Source: Octopus vulgaris
Lineage: Eukaryota
NCBI GenBank assembly: GCA_951406725.2
Contig: OX597839.1
Span: 18,166,001 to 18,230,000 of the forward strand
Length of the DNA: 64,000 bases
Direction of reading: 5' to 3'
Part shown: positions 1 through 12,714 of the stretch, one piece after another
Layout: each line of letters opens with the position of its first letter
How positions within the stretch are numbered: the stretch's first letter is position 1
Program-made: the position numbers and the translations under genes
Notes under the pieces: generated by a model
Told to the model about the DNA's origin: nothing
The model's input: only the letters and a program-made list of their open reading frames with translations
Database searches by the model: none

Positions 1-115
1 GGATTTAATGTTTCGAGCGAAGCTTTTCATCAGAAACATAGAAAAAGGAAAAGTCCAAGGAAGGGAAGACGGAGAAAGAAAATTGCCAACGATACACACG
101 CGGTCACATATTGAA
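1..115 (-). mobile_element. Penelope-like/retrozyme-type fragment with a minimal hammerhead core (copy 1, truncated by window edge)
   Basis: Reverse complement of 4-36 reads ttt-CTGATGA-a-aagc-ttc-gctc-GAAA-catt-aaa; 1-105 is an inverted homolog of ~3738-3833; adjacent to a (TA)/(TG) tract. Confidence 0.65.
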
Positions 116-124
116 ATATATATG

Positions 125-324
125 TGTGTTTGTGTCCCCCCCCCCCCAACATCACTTGACAACCGATGCTGGTGTGTTTACGTCCCTGTAACTTAGCAGT
201 TTGGCCAAAGAGACCGATAGAATAAGTACTAGGCTTACTAAGAATAAGTCCTGGGGTCGATTTGCTCGACTAAAGGCGGTGCTCCAGCATGGCTGCAGTC
301 AAATGACTGGAACAAGTAAAAGAG
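125..324 (+). mobile_element. SINE family A, 3' half
   Basis: Matches the 3' half of the full copy at 56921-57315 (cttgacaaccgatgctggtgtgtttacgtcc...gactgaaacaagtaaaagag). Confidence 0.85.
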
Positions 325-435
325 TAATGTCACAAAGCAAGTTAGGGAGCTTGTATGTCCTTCTTCTGTTTACTAGAAGTAGCAAACCACATCCTACTAG
401 GACTTATAACCTAGCTGAGGGGAGTCCCTGTATCA

Positions 436-783
436 TTGTTTCTCAACCCTTTTTTACCTGTGGACCCTTTTGTTTCTTATTTTACTTTCAACGTTAAAAA
501 GAAAATCCTATTATATTTTTATTATCAGATATTACTTTCAAATTCTGGTACAAGGCCAGCAATTTTGGGGGAGGGGTAAGTCAATTACATTGACCCTAGT
601 GTTCAGCTGGTACTTATCTTATCAACCCTGAAAAGATGAGCGGCAAAATCGCCCTCAGCATAATTTGGACTCGGAACATTAAGTTGGATGAAACACCTGC
701 TAAGCATTAATGTAGAAATATTAAGTAATTTATTGTACAAATTTTAACTACAAAATCTTATGGATCCTGGTTGAGAACCACTG
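436..783. mobile_element. hAT-type MITE interrupted by a SINE B fragment (~540-708, minus)
   Basis: Termini cattgtttctcaacc / ggttgagaaccactg are imperfect TIRs; body resembles 32943-33212. Confidence 0.6.
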
Positions 784-831
784 TTCTATAGGGTTACTTG
801 AATTTGTAGAAATAACAGCCAAATTTTTCCC

Positions 832-977
832 CAGGAGTGGCTGTGTGCTAAGAAGCTTGCTTTCCGACCACATGGTTCTGGATTCACTCCCACTGCGTGG
901 CACCATGGGAAAATGTCCTCAAGCCAACCAAAGCCTTGTAGTTGGATTTGGTAGACAGAAACTGAAACAGACCCATC

Positions 978-978
<1 letters not shown>
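832..978 (+). mobile_element. SINE family A, 5' half (tRNA-like head)
   Basis: ggagtggctgtgtg...aagcttgctt...accacatggttc...cccactgcgtggcacc, homologous to 56921-57083. Confidence 0.8.
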
Positions 979-1033
<55 letters not shown>

Positions 1034-1693
1034 ATGTATGTATATGTATATATATGTGTGTGTGTATATATACATGTATATATGCATATATACATGTATA
1101 TATATTTATATTCTGTCACAAAAGAGGTCCTTCCTCAATTTGCTAGAAATTGCAACCAAACCTTCAAAGGAGGCAGTTCCATGACATGCTAGCTAACCTG
1201 TAGCTAGGTCCCTGACAGGTGCTGCTACTCTATCTTGGAGTAGACATGGGAACAATAGTAGCTAAGAGGGGGTCCCACACTACTCCCAACCAAGGGCCCA
1301 CTACCAGACGCATTTTAAAGTCAAACAAATCCAGTATCCTGATAACTACTGGGTTTATGGTACTTATACCAGCTCTATACAAATCTGAAGGACTAGAGAG
1401 TGGGACCGGCCCTATGCAAACCACTCCCATTACAATAACACAGTGTAACGTCTTTGGTCAGTAAGTGTTATTTCCTATTTGCTTCTGTCTAGAAATGAAA
1501 GGAAATGACTACTATTCCCTTCAAACGTTGCTTTTGTGATCTGGACATCCATGTTTTGAAACTGACCTATTTCCCATTACATTAGAGACAGATTCAGTGC
1601 TGAGTTGCTGAAGCAGAAATATCATTATAGCAAATATTCTGCTCAATACTACAAATGTGCCTGACCATAACCAGTTGAATGTGTCCCTTAGTG

Positions 1694-1912
1694 CAGTGGT
1701 TTTCAACCAGGGTTCTGCGGAACCTTAGGGTTCCACCAGTACAATCCAGGGGTTCCGCAAGAAGTTACAAAACTGCTAAAATCGGCAGTAATTTTTAATT
1801 CTCCTGTGCAGATATGTGTGCATAAGACTATTAAATTATTGCACAGGGGTTCCTCGAGCCAGTGGAATGTTACCTTGGGGTTCCACTCCAGCAAAAAGTT
1901 TGAAAAGCACTG
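1694..1912. mobile_element. hAT-type MITE with perfect 8-bp TSD
   Basis: TIRs cagtggttttcaa / ttgaaaagcactg flanked by ccttagtg at both 1686-1693 and 1913-1920; 8-bp TSDs are diagnostic of hAT elements. Confidence 0.9.
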
Positions 1913-2482
1913 CCTTAGTGACTGACAATATATGCATCTCTGATCATGAGCAGGAGTAGTGGGGGGTGGTGTTCTTTGAGGTTTGAAGAAATATAACAAA
2001 AGGAAAAGGAACTATTAGCCATTTTTCAAAATTTCTAGGGGTCAGCAAATAGTAAATAACAGTTGCCACCCAAGGACAAAAACCATGTTACACAGTATAA
2101 TATTCTTCATGTAGGTTGTTCAACAAACCAAAAGCACCAGCACCATTACCATCACACTTTCTTCAAAGACATTGAATCGGAAACAGCTTCGTCTTGCTGA
2201 ATCCTCATTCATTGAAGCAATGAGGGAGTCCGTGTTTCCCTATGAAACGCTATCTGGAGACCCTGTATTCTTTCTTCCTGTAAATATATGTTGTCTTCCT
2301 GGAATGGTTTTAATTTTGTCTGTGCATGTTTGTTTCTTTATATACATTTAGCCATTTGTGTTTTATGCGAAAGTATGTGTGCATGTATATATGTGCGTGT
2401 GTGTATAGTTGTATGTGTAGTATGTCTAATTGCATGTGTGCGTGTGGTTGTATGTGTATATACATATCTGTATGTGTGCTTG

Positions 2483-2528
<46 letters not shown>

Positions 2529-3032
2529 TGTATGTATGTATATATATATATGTATGTATGTATATATGTCTGTTTATGTGTGGCTAAATGAGTACATTGT
2601 ATGTATGTGCATCTGACGTATGCATACATGTACATCTGTTCATGTCTATTTGCATGCATATGTGTGTCTGCATGTGTGTGTAATTGTATGTGAATATATG
2701 TGTACATGTATATCTGCATGTATGATCATATGCATACACGAATGCCTCTGTGTGTGTGTGTGTGTGTGTGTGTGTCTGTATCTTTTCTTATTGTTATTCC
2801 TATAAATCTATTTCAGTATCTATTACGTATGCATGCATAAGTGTGCGCATGCACGTATGTTTGTGCATGTGTCTGTGTCTGCATGTAGTTGTTTCCAATC
2901 TTATCTCTTAAAACTTTATCCTTGTCTCTCATCGGAAACAGAAGCACACAGCTTGTAAGTCATCGCAAGTGCTGGAATGGTAATGCATTTCTTAATTAGA
3001 CACGAAGTCTTACACATTTTTCTTCCCCATCC

Positions 3033-3078
<46 letters not shown>

Positions 3079-3568
3079 TCTCCCCTCATCATACAAACAT
3101 TTTCTACATCTGTTTACTTAAGAAAATGTTAAAATTTATTATCATTGTTTGACATCATCATGTTACAATCATCATAATTATTTGTTGTTCTAGTTCTCAT
3201 TATTATGATTATTAATTACGTATCTGACCTGCATCAGTGCTTCTTGAATTTCCTTTCATTTTCTTTAATTTCATCAATGAAATTTGCTATTTCCATACTT
3301 TATATTGTTCAAAACAGTCTAAAGACAAAAAGTATTTTAATATTCTGTATCTCTGCTAATTGTAGTAGACAATATTTTTTTCTGTGTTGTCTATAGGTGT
3401 GGAAGTAGCAGCTTGGTTCTTGGTTCAGAAGCTTGTGGTCTTAGCTTTAGTTCCTCTGTACTGCACCTTCGGTTAGTGTCTTCGGCTATAGCCTCAGGCC
3501 AACCAAAGCTTTGTGGGTGGATCTGGTAGATGAAAACAGAAATAAACCCATCATATATATATATAAAC

Positions 3569-3730
3569 ACAGGTGTGGCTGTGTGGTAAGATGCTCACTT
3601 CCCAACCACATGGTTCCGGGTTCAGTCCTGCCGTGTGGCACCTTTGGCAAGTGTCTTCTACTATAGCCTTGGGCTGACCAAAGCCTTGTGAATGGATTTG
3701 GTAGATGGAAACTGAAAGAAGCCCATTGTA
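3569..3730 (+). mobile_element. SINE family A, 5' half (a more degraded copy lies just upstream at ~3395-3550)
   Basis: caggtgtggctgtgtggtaag...gggttcagtcc...ggcaagtgtcttctactatagcc...ggaaactgaaagaagccc. Confidence 0.85.
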
Positions 3731-3737
3731 TATATAT

Positions 3738-3925
3738 CGCGTGTGTATCGTTGACGATTTTCTTTCTCCGTCTTCCCTTCTTTGGACTTTTTCTATATTT
3801 CTGGTGAAGAGCTCCGCTCGAAACCTGAAATCCTCTTTCTTTTCTCTCCTTTCCTGAGCATCCAATAGCACAGTACTTGTTCCACGTCCTTGCATTCTTG
3901 TTTTTTCTTGCTTGTCCTTGTTTAG

Positions 3926-3930
<5 letters not shown>
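3738..3930 (+). mobile_element. Penelope-like/retrozyme-type fragment with degenerate hammerhead core (copy 2)
   Basis: 3798-3830: ttt-CTGGTGA-a-gagc-tcc-gctc-GAAA-cctg-aaa; flanked by (TA)n on both sides. Confidence 0.65.
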
Positions 3931-3966
<36 letters not shown>

Positions 3967-3970
<4 letters not shown>

Positions 3971-4242
3971 ACAATAGGAACGGCAATAGCCATTCACCCA
4001 CTAAATAAAAAGCTTCAACCGCAAATAAAAGTTAATTCAGTAAACCAGAGAAAATTTAAAAAACATACTGAATTAACTTTTATTTGCGGTTGAAGCTTTG
4101 GCTGTTATTTCTAGTGGTGAATGGCCTATTATGCGTTCCTTTATTGTTGATGTTAAACTTAAAAATGGTCTATGACTATTTTAATTTTTTCCTACTAGGC
4201 CGCTGGTGGCAAAAGAATACAAAATTTTTTTTATATATTGAT

Positions 4243-4245
<3 letters not shown>
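3967..4245. repeat. (TA)n-embedded fold-back element
   Basis: Perfect 34-bp inverted arms 4009-4042 / 4066-4099, extending imperfectly to 3967 / 4151, followed by a single-copy tail to ~4245. Confidence 0.85.
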
Positions 4246-4276
<31 letters not shown>

Positions 4277-4572
4277 GAGAATTTATAGAAAAACAAAAGA
4301 TGAAGACGGGTGTGTAAGCAACAAACAGATATATCAGTGTCTGTTTTTCCCCCAACCCCACCCCTCTACCATTGCTTAACAACTGATGTTGGTAAGTTTA
4401 CATCCCCATAACTTAGCAGTTCAGCAAAAGAGACCAATAGAATAAGTACTAGGTTTACAAAGAATAAGTCCCAAGGTCGGTTTGTTCGACTAAATGGCAG
4501 TGCTCCAGCATGACTGCAGTCAGATGACTGAAACAAGTAAAAGAGTAAAAGAAAGAAATATTATATATATAT

Positions 4573-4790
4573 ATTTCTTTACTACCCACAAGGGGCTAAA
4601 CACAGAGGGGACAAACAAGGACAGACAAACGGATCAAGTCGATTACATCGACCCCAGAGCGTAACTGGTACTTAATTTATCAACCCTGAAAGGATGAAAG
4701 GTAAAGTCGACCTCGGCGGAATTTGAGCTCAGAACGTAACGGCAGACGAAATACGGCTACGCATTTCGCCCGGCGTGCTAACGTTTCTGC
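4573..4790 (-). mobile_element. SINE family B, near full-length
   Basis: Reverse complement of 13584-13815. Confidence 0.85.
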
Positions 4791-5074
4791 CCAAACAGAC
4801 CTTGCCAGCATTGGTGCCATGTAAAAAGCACCAAGTCCACTCTGAAGTGGTTGGCATTAGGAAGGGCATCCAGCTGTAAAACCCATGCCAAAACTCACAG
4901 TACTGGGGTCAATTTGTTCAACTAAACACTTCAAGGTGGTGCTCCAGCATGGCCACATTCCAATGACTGAAAATAAACAATTATGTGTGTACATCCCTGT
5001 AACTTAGCAGTGCAGCAAAAGAGACCAATAGAATAAGTAGCAGGCTTCAAAAAAAAGAAGGACTAGGGTCCATA

Positions 5075-5700
5075 TAGCCCCTGAGGGTTCATATAAGATT
5101 TTCAGGGGTCCGTGTGACAAAATAGTAAATTGATGATCCACAATAGTATATTTCAAGAGCCCCTGAAAATATTTTGCTTTAGGTGTGTGTATTGCAAGAA
5201 ACAGTCAGGTTTCTTTCTCTAATGTTTTACATAGTTCAACCTACACAAGTTAATGGATGAAAAACAAAATAGGAATTTTGAAAGGGGTTTCTATAAAACT
5301 AGTTTTCTAAACATTGAATGGCTATGGGGGTCCACCAGAGTAAAATGGTAATCAAAGGGGTTCATAGGCAAAAAATGGTTGAGAACCCTTGATCAGTGGT
5401 CTTCAAACAGGGTCCATATGGATATAAGATTCTTGGGGGTCCACAAGAATAATTTATAAGGACCCTTGAAAATTTTTTCTTTTAGATGTATGTATTGTAA
5501 GAAACAGGTAGGTTTCTTTCTTAATGTTTTACAGAGTTCAAACTACACAAGTAACTGTGAGAATAACAAAACAGAAATTTTGAAAGAAATCGCTATAAAA
5601 CTAGCTTTTAAACATTAAATAGTTATGGGGTGGGCGTCCACCAGAACAAAATAGTAATCAAAAGAGTCCATTGATAAAAAGTGGTTGTTAAGAAACCCTG
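5075..5700. mobile_element. Two adjacent hAT-type MITE copies
   Basis: Two homologous ~310-bp units (second starts cagtggtcttcaa at ~5394); inverted relative to 33221-33793. Confidence 0.7.
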
Positions 5701-6225
5701 GGCTAAACCCTTCAAGGTAGTACTACAACATGGCCACAGTCCAATGACTGAAAATAAATAAGTGCATCTGTGTCTGTGTCTGTGTGTCTCTGTTTGTGTG
5801 TGGGTGTGTCTGTCTGTCTGTACACATTATGGAACCAACCATCCAATTATTACATTATGCAGTTCTCAAAGAAATTTCCAAAACAAAAGCAAACTAATTA
5901 AAATAATAATATATAATTTAATATGTATTTATTACTAGAAATTCTTCCAGTACTTCAGCTTATTTTTATTTGTGTTCTTTTCCATTTCATTTCCTCCAAA
6001 TTAACTAATTGCCTTGTTTTTGTCTCCACCTCCCTCTTTCTCTCTGTCTCTCTCTCTGTCTCCCTGTCTGTTTCTCTCTCTCTCTGTCTCCCTGTCTCTC
6101 TCTCTCTCTCAGCCTTTCCTTTCATATTTTCTGTTACATCTCTACTCCATATTCTGTGTGTGTATGTGTATGTGTGTTTCAGTGCATGTGTGTTTCTGGA
6201 TGTGTTTGCAGTTATATGTATGTGA

Positions 6226-6260
<35 letters not shown>

Positions 6261-6700
6261 TGTTTTGTCTTTTGTTATGTAATTATTTTTGCTGTTGTTA
6301 CATGACTGCTTTTTGTTTTTGTTTTTCGTTTTTTGTTTTCTTTTCTGTAACATTTGCAATAATGTGTAATTATTAATATTGCTTTTCACAAATAACGAAT
6401 ATAATAACCATCATTTAAATTCTGTGATGGACATGAAATTATCTTGATGGTTCCATAGTCTGTTTGCCTAATATATATGTGTATGTGTGGTGTGTGTGTA
6501 TGTATTAATTCTTATATTATGTGCCTATCCCATTTGTATATGAGTGCGTGATGTTTCTATCTCATTTGTGGAATTGTGTGTGTGTGTGAGAGAGAGAAAT
6601 TTCCCTACAGCTGTGCAATGTGTGTATAATATATTTATGTGTATCTCTATAATTGTGTACTCATGCGGCATGTAACTATATAACTGTGCATGTGAAAATA

Positions 6701-7262
6701 GTTCATAATGTATTTTCCTACACACAAGTCAGCATAGCATATATAGTGTAAACATGTAGCGTAAACATTCAATCATTGTCATTAACTTTCCAATCCTGCT
6801 GCATGTCACATGGAAATTTTGGTCTTCCAAAGCCATCTCGGGGTATAAACTGACCCACCTATTTTTAGGCTGCAAATTTTTGTCTGAAAAATTCAACTTG
6901 TAAGTCAGAAAAACGGTAATTTTGGTGTGTTTTGTGGATATGAGAAAATAGGTCATACTGTATTTTCCTACCTACAAATCCACATGGTATATAGTGTAAA
7001 CATTCAATTATCATCACTATCTTCCGAAATCCTTCTGCATTTCACAGGGAATTTCTGGCTGGTCTTCCATTGGTGTATTAGTTGACTTAACTTCTTTTGG
7101 CTGTAAATTTCCATCTGAAAATTTTCGCCTGAATGGCAATTTTCTGTGTGATGTGTTTTGTGGATGTGATAAGAGTTCATAATGTATTTTCCTACGCACA
7201 AGTCAACATAGTATATAGTAGAAACATGCAGTGTAAACATTCAATCATCATTGCTATCTTCC
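6701..7262. repeat. Diverged tandem repeat, ~225-250-bp unit, ~2.3 copies
   Basis: Anchor g(t)tcata(a/c)tgtattttccta recurs at ~6701, ~6952 and ~7175 with collinear downstream similarity (gtaaacattcaat, aatcc..ctgcat, gtgttttgtggat). Confidence 0.8.
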
Positions 7263-8423
7263 TATATATGTGTGTTTGTGTGTCTGTGTTTGTCCCCCCA
7301 GCATTGCTTGACTACCGATGCTGGTGTGTTTTTTCGTCCCCGTAACTTAGCAGTTTGACAAAAGAGACTGATAGAATAAGTACTAGGCTTACAAAAAATA
7401 AGTCCTGGGAGTCGATTTGCTCGACTAAAGGCAGTGCTCCAACATGGCCGCAGTCAATTGACTGAAACAAATAAAAGAGTAAAGAGTAACCACATGGTCA
7501 AAGTCTTGAAGCTATGAGCCAATCCATGATTAACTTGAAACAATGTGGATAATTAAGAATTACATTTGACAGAGTAATTTGAATGCTAAAGGGTTGAATA
7601 CACTAAATGACATTATTTTGTTTCTAGGAATAAATCTTTCAAAACAAATGATGGTATCTACTTATTTTTTAGATATCTGTATATAAAAGTAGGTTATGCA
7701 CTTGGTTTCTGGAAACACCCCAAGCACGGCTGTGGTGGTTAATTTACTGTCTCTGCAATACTGGCAACCAACAACAGAAAAGGTCAGCTATATATATAAT
7801 AAAAAAAAAAAAACACAGAAGGACAAAAATAGATAGAAATCTTTGAAGAGCTGACATTTTATCTTAACGTGCGGTTGATCAAGTTACACTGATTACAGGT
7901 GGATAAAGGTAATACAGATAAAGATAAGGGACCAAGATGTAATGAATATAGTGAGTGAGATCTGTGAGGAGTCTAACAAGTTATCTATCTCCTTCAGTAT
8001 ATCTACTCCTTTTCTGAAACTAATATTTATCAGCAACCAACAAGGGATCTTCTAAGCCAGTATTTCTCAAAGTAGGGTTCATGTCTCATTGGTGGGACAG
8101 GGCAGGGCATTAATTTAGTGGGACAAGGGTTATTTCTGAGTGGAGTGTTAGTAACAAGTAACTGAAGCTTGCAATGAAGTTTTGATTGAAACTTCTCTTG
8201 AACGACTTTGTCGTTAAGAAGCTTGTTTTTCAACCACATGGTTTCAGGTTCAGTCCCACGGCATGGCACTTTGCTTCTAGTCTTTTACTATAGTGGCTGC
8301 AGACTGGTCAAGGCCTTGTGAGTGAATTTGGTAGATGGAAACTGTGTTGAAGCTCATTATATATTTATGTGTTTGTGTGTGGGTGGGTACATACATATAT
8401 ATATATATGATAAAAGGTAAAGA

Positions 8424-8757
8424 CACCATTCAGTAATGAATGACTTGGGTTTGCACCTAGAAAGTTCCCTCCAAAGCACAAGTCCAGGCAAGGTTGTTTT
8501 ATGAAAGACCAGCAGTCGCCCATGCATACCAGCCTCTCCTTTCCAAATCACTGATGTTATCCAAGGGAAAAGCAAAGGGACTGATACAGCTTGGCCCCAG
8601 TGACATTGCAACTCATTTCTACAGCTGAGTGAACTGGAACAACGCGAAATAAAATGTCTTGCTCAAGAACACGACACACAGCCTAGTCTGGGAATCAAAC
8701 TCACTACCTCATGACTGTGAGCCAGACGCTCTTACCACTGAGCTATGAGCCTTCACT
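8424..8757 (-). mobile_element. SINE family D, near full-length
   Basis: Reverse complement of the split copy at 59237-59855 (tcttgagcaagaca...cactcagctgt...aatgagttgc). Confidence 0.8.
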
Positions 8758-8831
8758 TCACACACACACAATCACACACATGTTTATATCAGGAAATGGC
8801 TCCACCTGATATTTAAACCAGGGTATAGAGT

Positions 8832-8945
8832 ATTAGAAACCAAATCCATATATCTGAAGTAGGGATCATATAGCTATACAGCTACTCAGAATTAGAAACC
8901 AAATCCATATATTTGAAGTAGGGATCATATAGCCATACAGCTGCT
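8832..8945. repeat. 59-bp tandem duplication
   Basis: attagaaaccaaatccatatat(c/t)tgaagtagggatcatatagc(t/c)atacagct starts at 8832 and 8891. Confidence 0.9.
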
Positions 8946-9348
8946 ATGCACTGTCTTCCTGTCTCCTGTAAAAATTATTTATATTAAAATCTTTGTTATT
9001 TGCATCCATTTGTACATCTTAGACAATGCGTTTGCATCTATGCTGGAAATAGTACAGTCTTATCTCCACCATGCTGACTGGCATCAACCAGTAACTTCCT
9101 TGCATGAACTCCTGACCTATATTTATACATAAACAAACACCTCGTGCACACTGCCTCATACTCGTGGTTGTATTCTCTTGCCAACATTTCAGCAGTTGTG
9201 ACTTACTTAACATGTTTTGACTCTGATATACTTAAGCATGGAAATCGGGGATTTCTCAAAGTTGAGCTGCTACTTCTCTGCATTGAGGAGTAACAGCTGC
9301 AGTGGTGTGAACATGTGATGAGAAAGCCATAGGAAAGACTCATGAGAT

Positions 9349-9910
9349 AGGCACAGGCATGGCTGTGTGGTAAGAAGCTTGCTTCTCAACCACATGGTTC
9401 CAGGTTCAGTCCCACTGCATGGCACCTTAGATCGACCAAAACCTTGTGAGTGAATTTGGTGGATGGAAACTGAAAAAAACTCCATTGTATCATCATCATC
9501 ATCATCATCATCATTTAACGTCTGTTGTCCATGCTGGCATGGGTTGGATGGTGTAACCACAGCTGGTAAGCTGGAGGAGTGGGGTGGGTGCTGCACCAGA
9601 CTCCAGTCTGATTTGGCATGCTTTCTATGGCTGGATGCCCTTCCTAATGCCAACCACTTTACAAGAGTGTGCTGGGTGCTTTTACGTGGCACGGAGGCAC
9701 TTTAACATGTCACATGCGGGTGTGAGTGTTTCTGTTTGCCCCCCTCCACTGCTTAACTACCAGTGTTGGTGTGTTTACATCCCCGTAACTCAATACTTCA
9801 GCAAAGAGCTTGGTACAGAAACTACTGGGTTTGATTCCTTCGACTAAAGTTTCTTCACGGCTGTGCTCCAGCATGGCCGCAGTCTAATGATTGAAACAAG
9901 TAAATGATAA
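9349..9910 (+). mobile_element. SINE A with an antisense SINE C inserted in its middle (~9490-9700)
   Basis: A 5' half 9349-9490; (cat)n-tttaacgtc...ggatgcccttcctaatgccaacc; then A 3' half ~9730-9910. Confidence 0.75.
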
Positions 9911-10689
9911 AAAAATTAAAGATGGATTCTTCAAGCCAAGAGCGACATGTTTGGATAATGTCCATGTTTTCAGTCAGTTCTGCTTGATCATTTTTTATCT
10001 CTTTTCTAAGCTGGTAGGATGTGATTTTAGGGATATTTGGCTGCTATTTTTAGATGTGGAGTTACGACTTAGTGTCTGCTTAAATATCTTTATTGAATCT
10101 CTGATTATTCTTAATGAATTTCATCTCATTCAATCAATAGGATTGAAGGGTATGTGGTGTGGGTTTTAGGGCTTATCATCATTCAATATATTTTGAGGGA
10201 AAGTGGATAGAAGGGGCCAATGTCTTTCAAGGCATTATTTGATAATAACAAATAATTCTGCCATCAACTTTATCCTATCTTCTATAAAAAGCACATTTTT
10301 TTCTCTTTAGTTTGTATGCAGGCCCATGGTTGTATGTGTGTATATGTATTTGTGTGTGTGAATGTATGTATGCATTTGTGTATGTGTATGCATATGTGTG
10401 TATGTATGCATTTCTCTGTCTATATATTTATGTATGTGTATACATGTGTGTGTGTGTATGTGTGATGTTTTGTGCATTAACATTTGTGTATATATGTTTC
10501 AGTATACAATTTTGTATGTGTGTGTTTGTATCTGTACTTGTGTGTGTATGTGAATTTGTGTATATATATGTACACGTGTGTGTACATGAACATTTGTGTA
10601 TGTGTGTTTTTGTGTTCATTTGTGTATATTTTATATAATTTTCTGGAGTTTTTTTTTGTGATTTTTAAAAAAAAATTTCCAATACTTCT

Positions 10690-11370
10690 TAATTTTTTCT
10701 TTCCTTTTCATCATTCTTGTTCCACCCCTTCCCCGTTTTTCCTGTCATTCATTTTCTCTTTCTCCCTCCCTTCTCTTTGTCTCTCTCTGTCTCTCTTCCC
10801 ACATTACCTCTCTTCCCCTCCCTCTCCTTCTGTCTCATTCTGCATCTCCCTCTCTCTCCTTCCTTTCTCTTTCATTTGTCCTACTCTCCTTATTGTTTTC
10901 ATTCTTTCTTTTCTCTTTTGTTTATTAATCCCCCTCTTTCTCTTCTCCCTCTCCCCCCTCATCCTTTTTCATTTATCCTCCTCCCCTCATTGTTTTCACT
11001 CCTCTACTCATTCATTTATCAACCCACCTCTCTCTCTTTCACTCTTTCTTTCATTCCAATTCATTCATTGCCTTCTCTTTCATTCACCCTCTTCTACACT
11101 TTTTCTCTCTAACTTCTCTTTTTCCCCTTGCTTCCCCTCTCTTCCTCTCTTTATCTTTTTCCTTCTTCCCTCTGTCATTCATTCATTCATTCATTCATTC
11201 ATTCATTCATTTTTCCTTCCCCACCTTATCATTCATTTGTTCATTCTTTTTCTCTCCTTCCTCATTCATTCTTTCTCTCCTCTCTTTTCTTCTTCATTTC
11301 CTCTCCCCATCCCCACCCATCTTCCCACCCCACTCCACCCCCACACATACTTCTTCCCATTCTTTAACTT
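10690..11370. repeat. Long polypyrimidine (CT-rich) low-complexity tract with (attc)n
   Basis: About 680 bp with very few G residues; explains the spurious 311-aa ORF. Confidence 0.9.
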
Positions 11371-12309
11371 AAAGTCATTATTCCAGAAATTAATTCAAAA
11401 ATTCCATTCAAAAACCTAGTGTGGGTAGGGGGGGTGAGTGGATGTTTGGGTGTATGTGTGTGTGTGTGTGATGTGGTGAGGGGGTAATTAATCTCCACAC
11501 AGCACACACACACACACACAGCTCTCCCCCACCCCCATCCTGGGCCTCCACTCCTACTGAAATACTAATTGTCCAAAAACTGAAGATTCCTATTAAAGCC
11601 TATTTTTTTTAAGGGGATGCTCTTCAACCAATCTTCTTTTTTTCTCAGTTGGAAGGGTTCATACAACCTTCTCCTCCCCTTCATCGTCATCATTATCATC
11701 ATCATGATTATCATCATCATCATCAACTTCTCATTATAATGGTTTCTGACTATGATTCAAGCCCCTAGTTTTGTGGAGGAAAGTGTGCTGGTGGTGGTGG
11801 TGGAGGAGGCGGCAACAGAGGGGGTATTGAATTAAATTCCACTCCTTCCCCCCTCACACACACACACACACACACAATTCTTCAATAGTGTTTCTTATAT
11901 TCAATAATGTTACAACATTAATGTAATACTGGTGATAAATTCTTTCTCCTATAAGCGCAAGGCCTGGAATTTTGTGGGGGAAGGAGGATTATCGATTACA
12001 TCAACCCCCAGTTCACCATTCATACTTTTCTTCATCAATCCTAAAAGGATGAAAGGCCAAGTGAACCTCAGCGAAATTTGAACTCGGAACGTAAAGATGG
12101 ATAAAATGCTGCTAAGCGTTTTGTCCAGCTTGCTAACGATTCTGCCAGCTTGCTGCAAGTTGATTACATCGACCCCAGTGCACAACTGGTATTTAGTTTG
12201 TCAACCACAAGGTGCCACACAGTGGGACTAAACCCAGATCCGTGTGGATAGTATTGTTGGGTAGGTGTGAGAAGCCAGATCTGGCAAGTTTGGACATAAA
12301 CAGGTATCC

Positions 12310-12678
12310 TCATCATCATTGTTTAACATCCGCTTTCCATGCTAGCATGGGTTGGACGATTTTGACTGAGGGCTGGTGAACCAGATGGCTGCACCAGGCT
12401 CCAATCTTGATTTAGCAGAGTTTCTACAGCTGGATGCCCTTCCTAACGCCAGCCACTCCGAGAGTGTAGTGGGTGCTTTTTTGTGCCACCGGCATGGGGA
12501 CCAGTCAGGTGGTACTGGCAACGACCTCACTCGAATCTTTTTACACATGCCACCAGCACCGGTGCCAGTAAGGCGCATTGGTAACGATCACGCTCGAATG
12601 GTGCCCTTTTATGTGCCACTGGCACAGAAGCCAGTTGGCTGCTCTGGCAACGATCACGCTCGGATGGTGCTCTTGGCA
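12310..12678 (-). mobile_element. SINE family C (RTE-like head and tail, (gat)n end) with internal tandem units, inserted into a piggyBac-type MITE
   Basis: catcatcatt-gtttaacatccgctttccatgctagcatgggttgg...ggatgcccttcctaacgcc; MITE sequence stops at ~12305 and resumes at 12679 (cagccagtttaaatgctaaagggttaa). Confidence 0.8.
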
Positions 12679-12714
12679 CAGCCAGTTTAAATGCTAAAGG
12701 GTTAAATTTGACTC

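Noticed and set aside
2115-2290. Possible plus-strand exon (VVQQTKSTSTITITLSSKTLNRKQLRLAESSFIEAMRESVFPYETLSGDP) after ttcttcatgtag
   Set aside because: No recognisable homology and no convincing donor site; cannot be supported without RNA-seq or BLAST, though not excluded.
9000-9340. Possible pogo/Tigger transposase remnant (ILDNA-like peptide)
   Set aside because: Only one short motif; no supporting motifs in frame and no TIRs seen.
10484-11419. Longest ORF (311 aa)
   Set aside because: Translation of TG- and CT-rich low-complexity DNA that lacks stops by composition; no domain or splice context.
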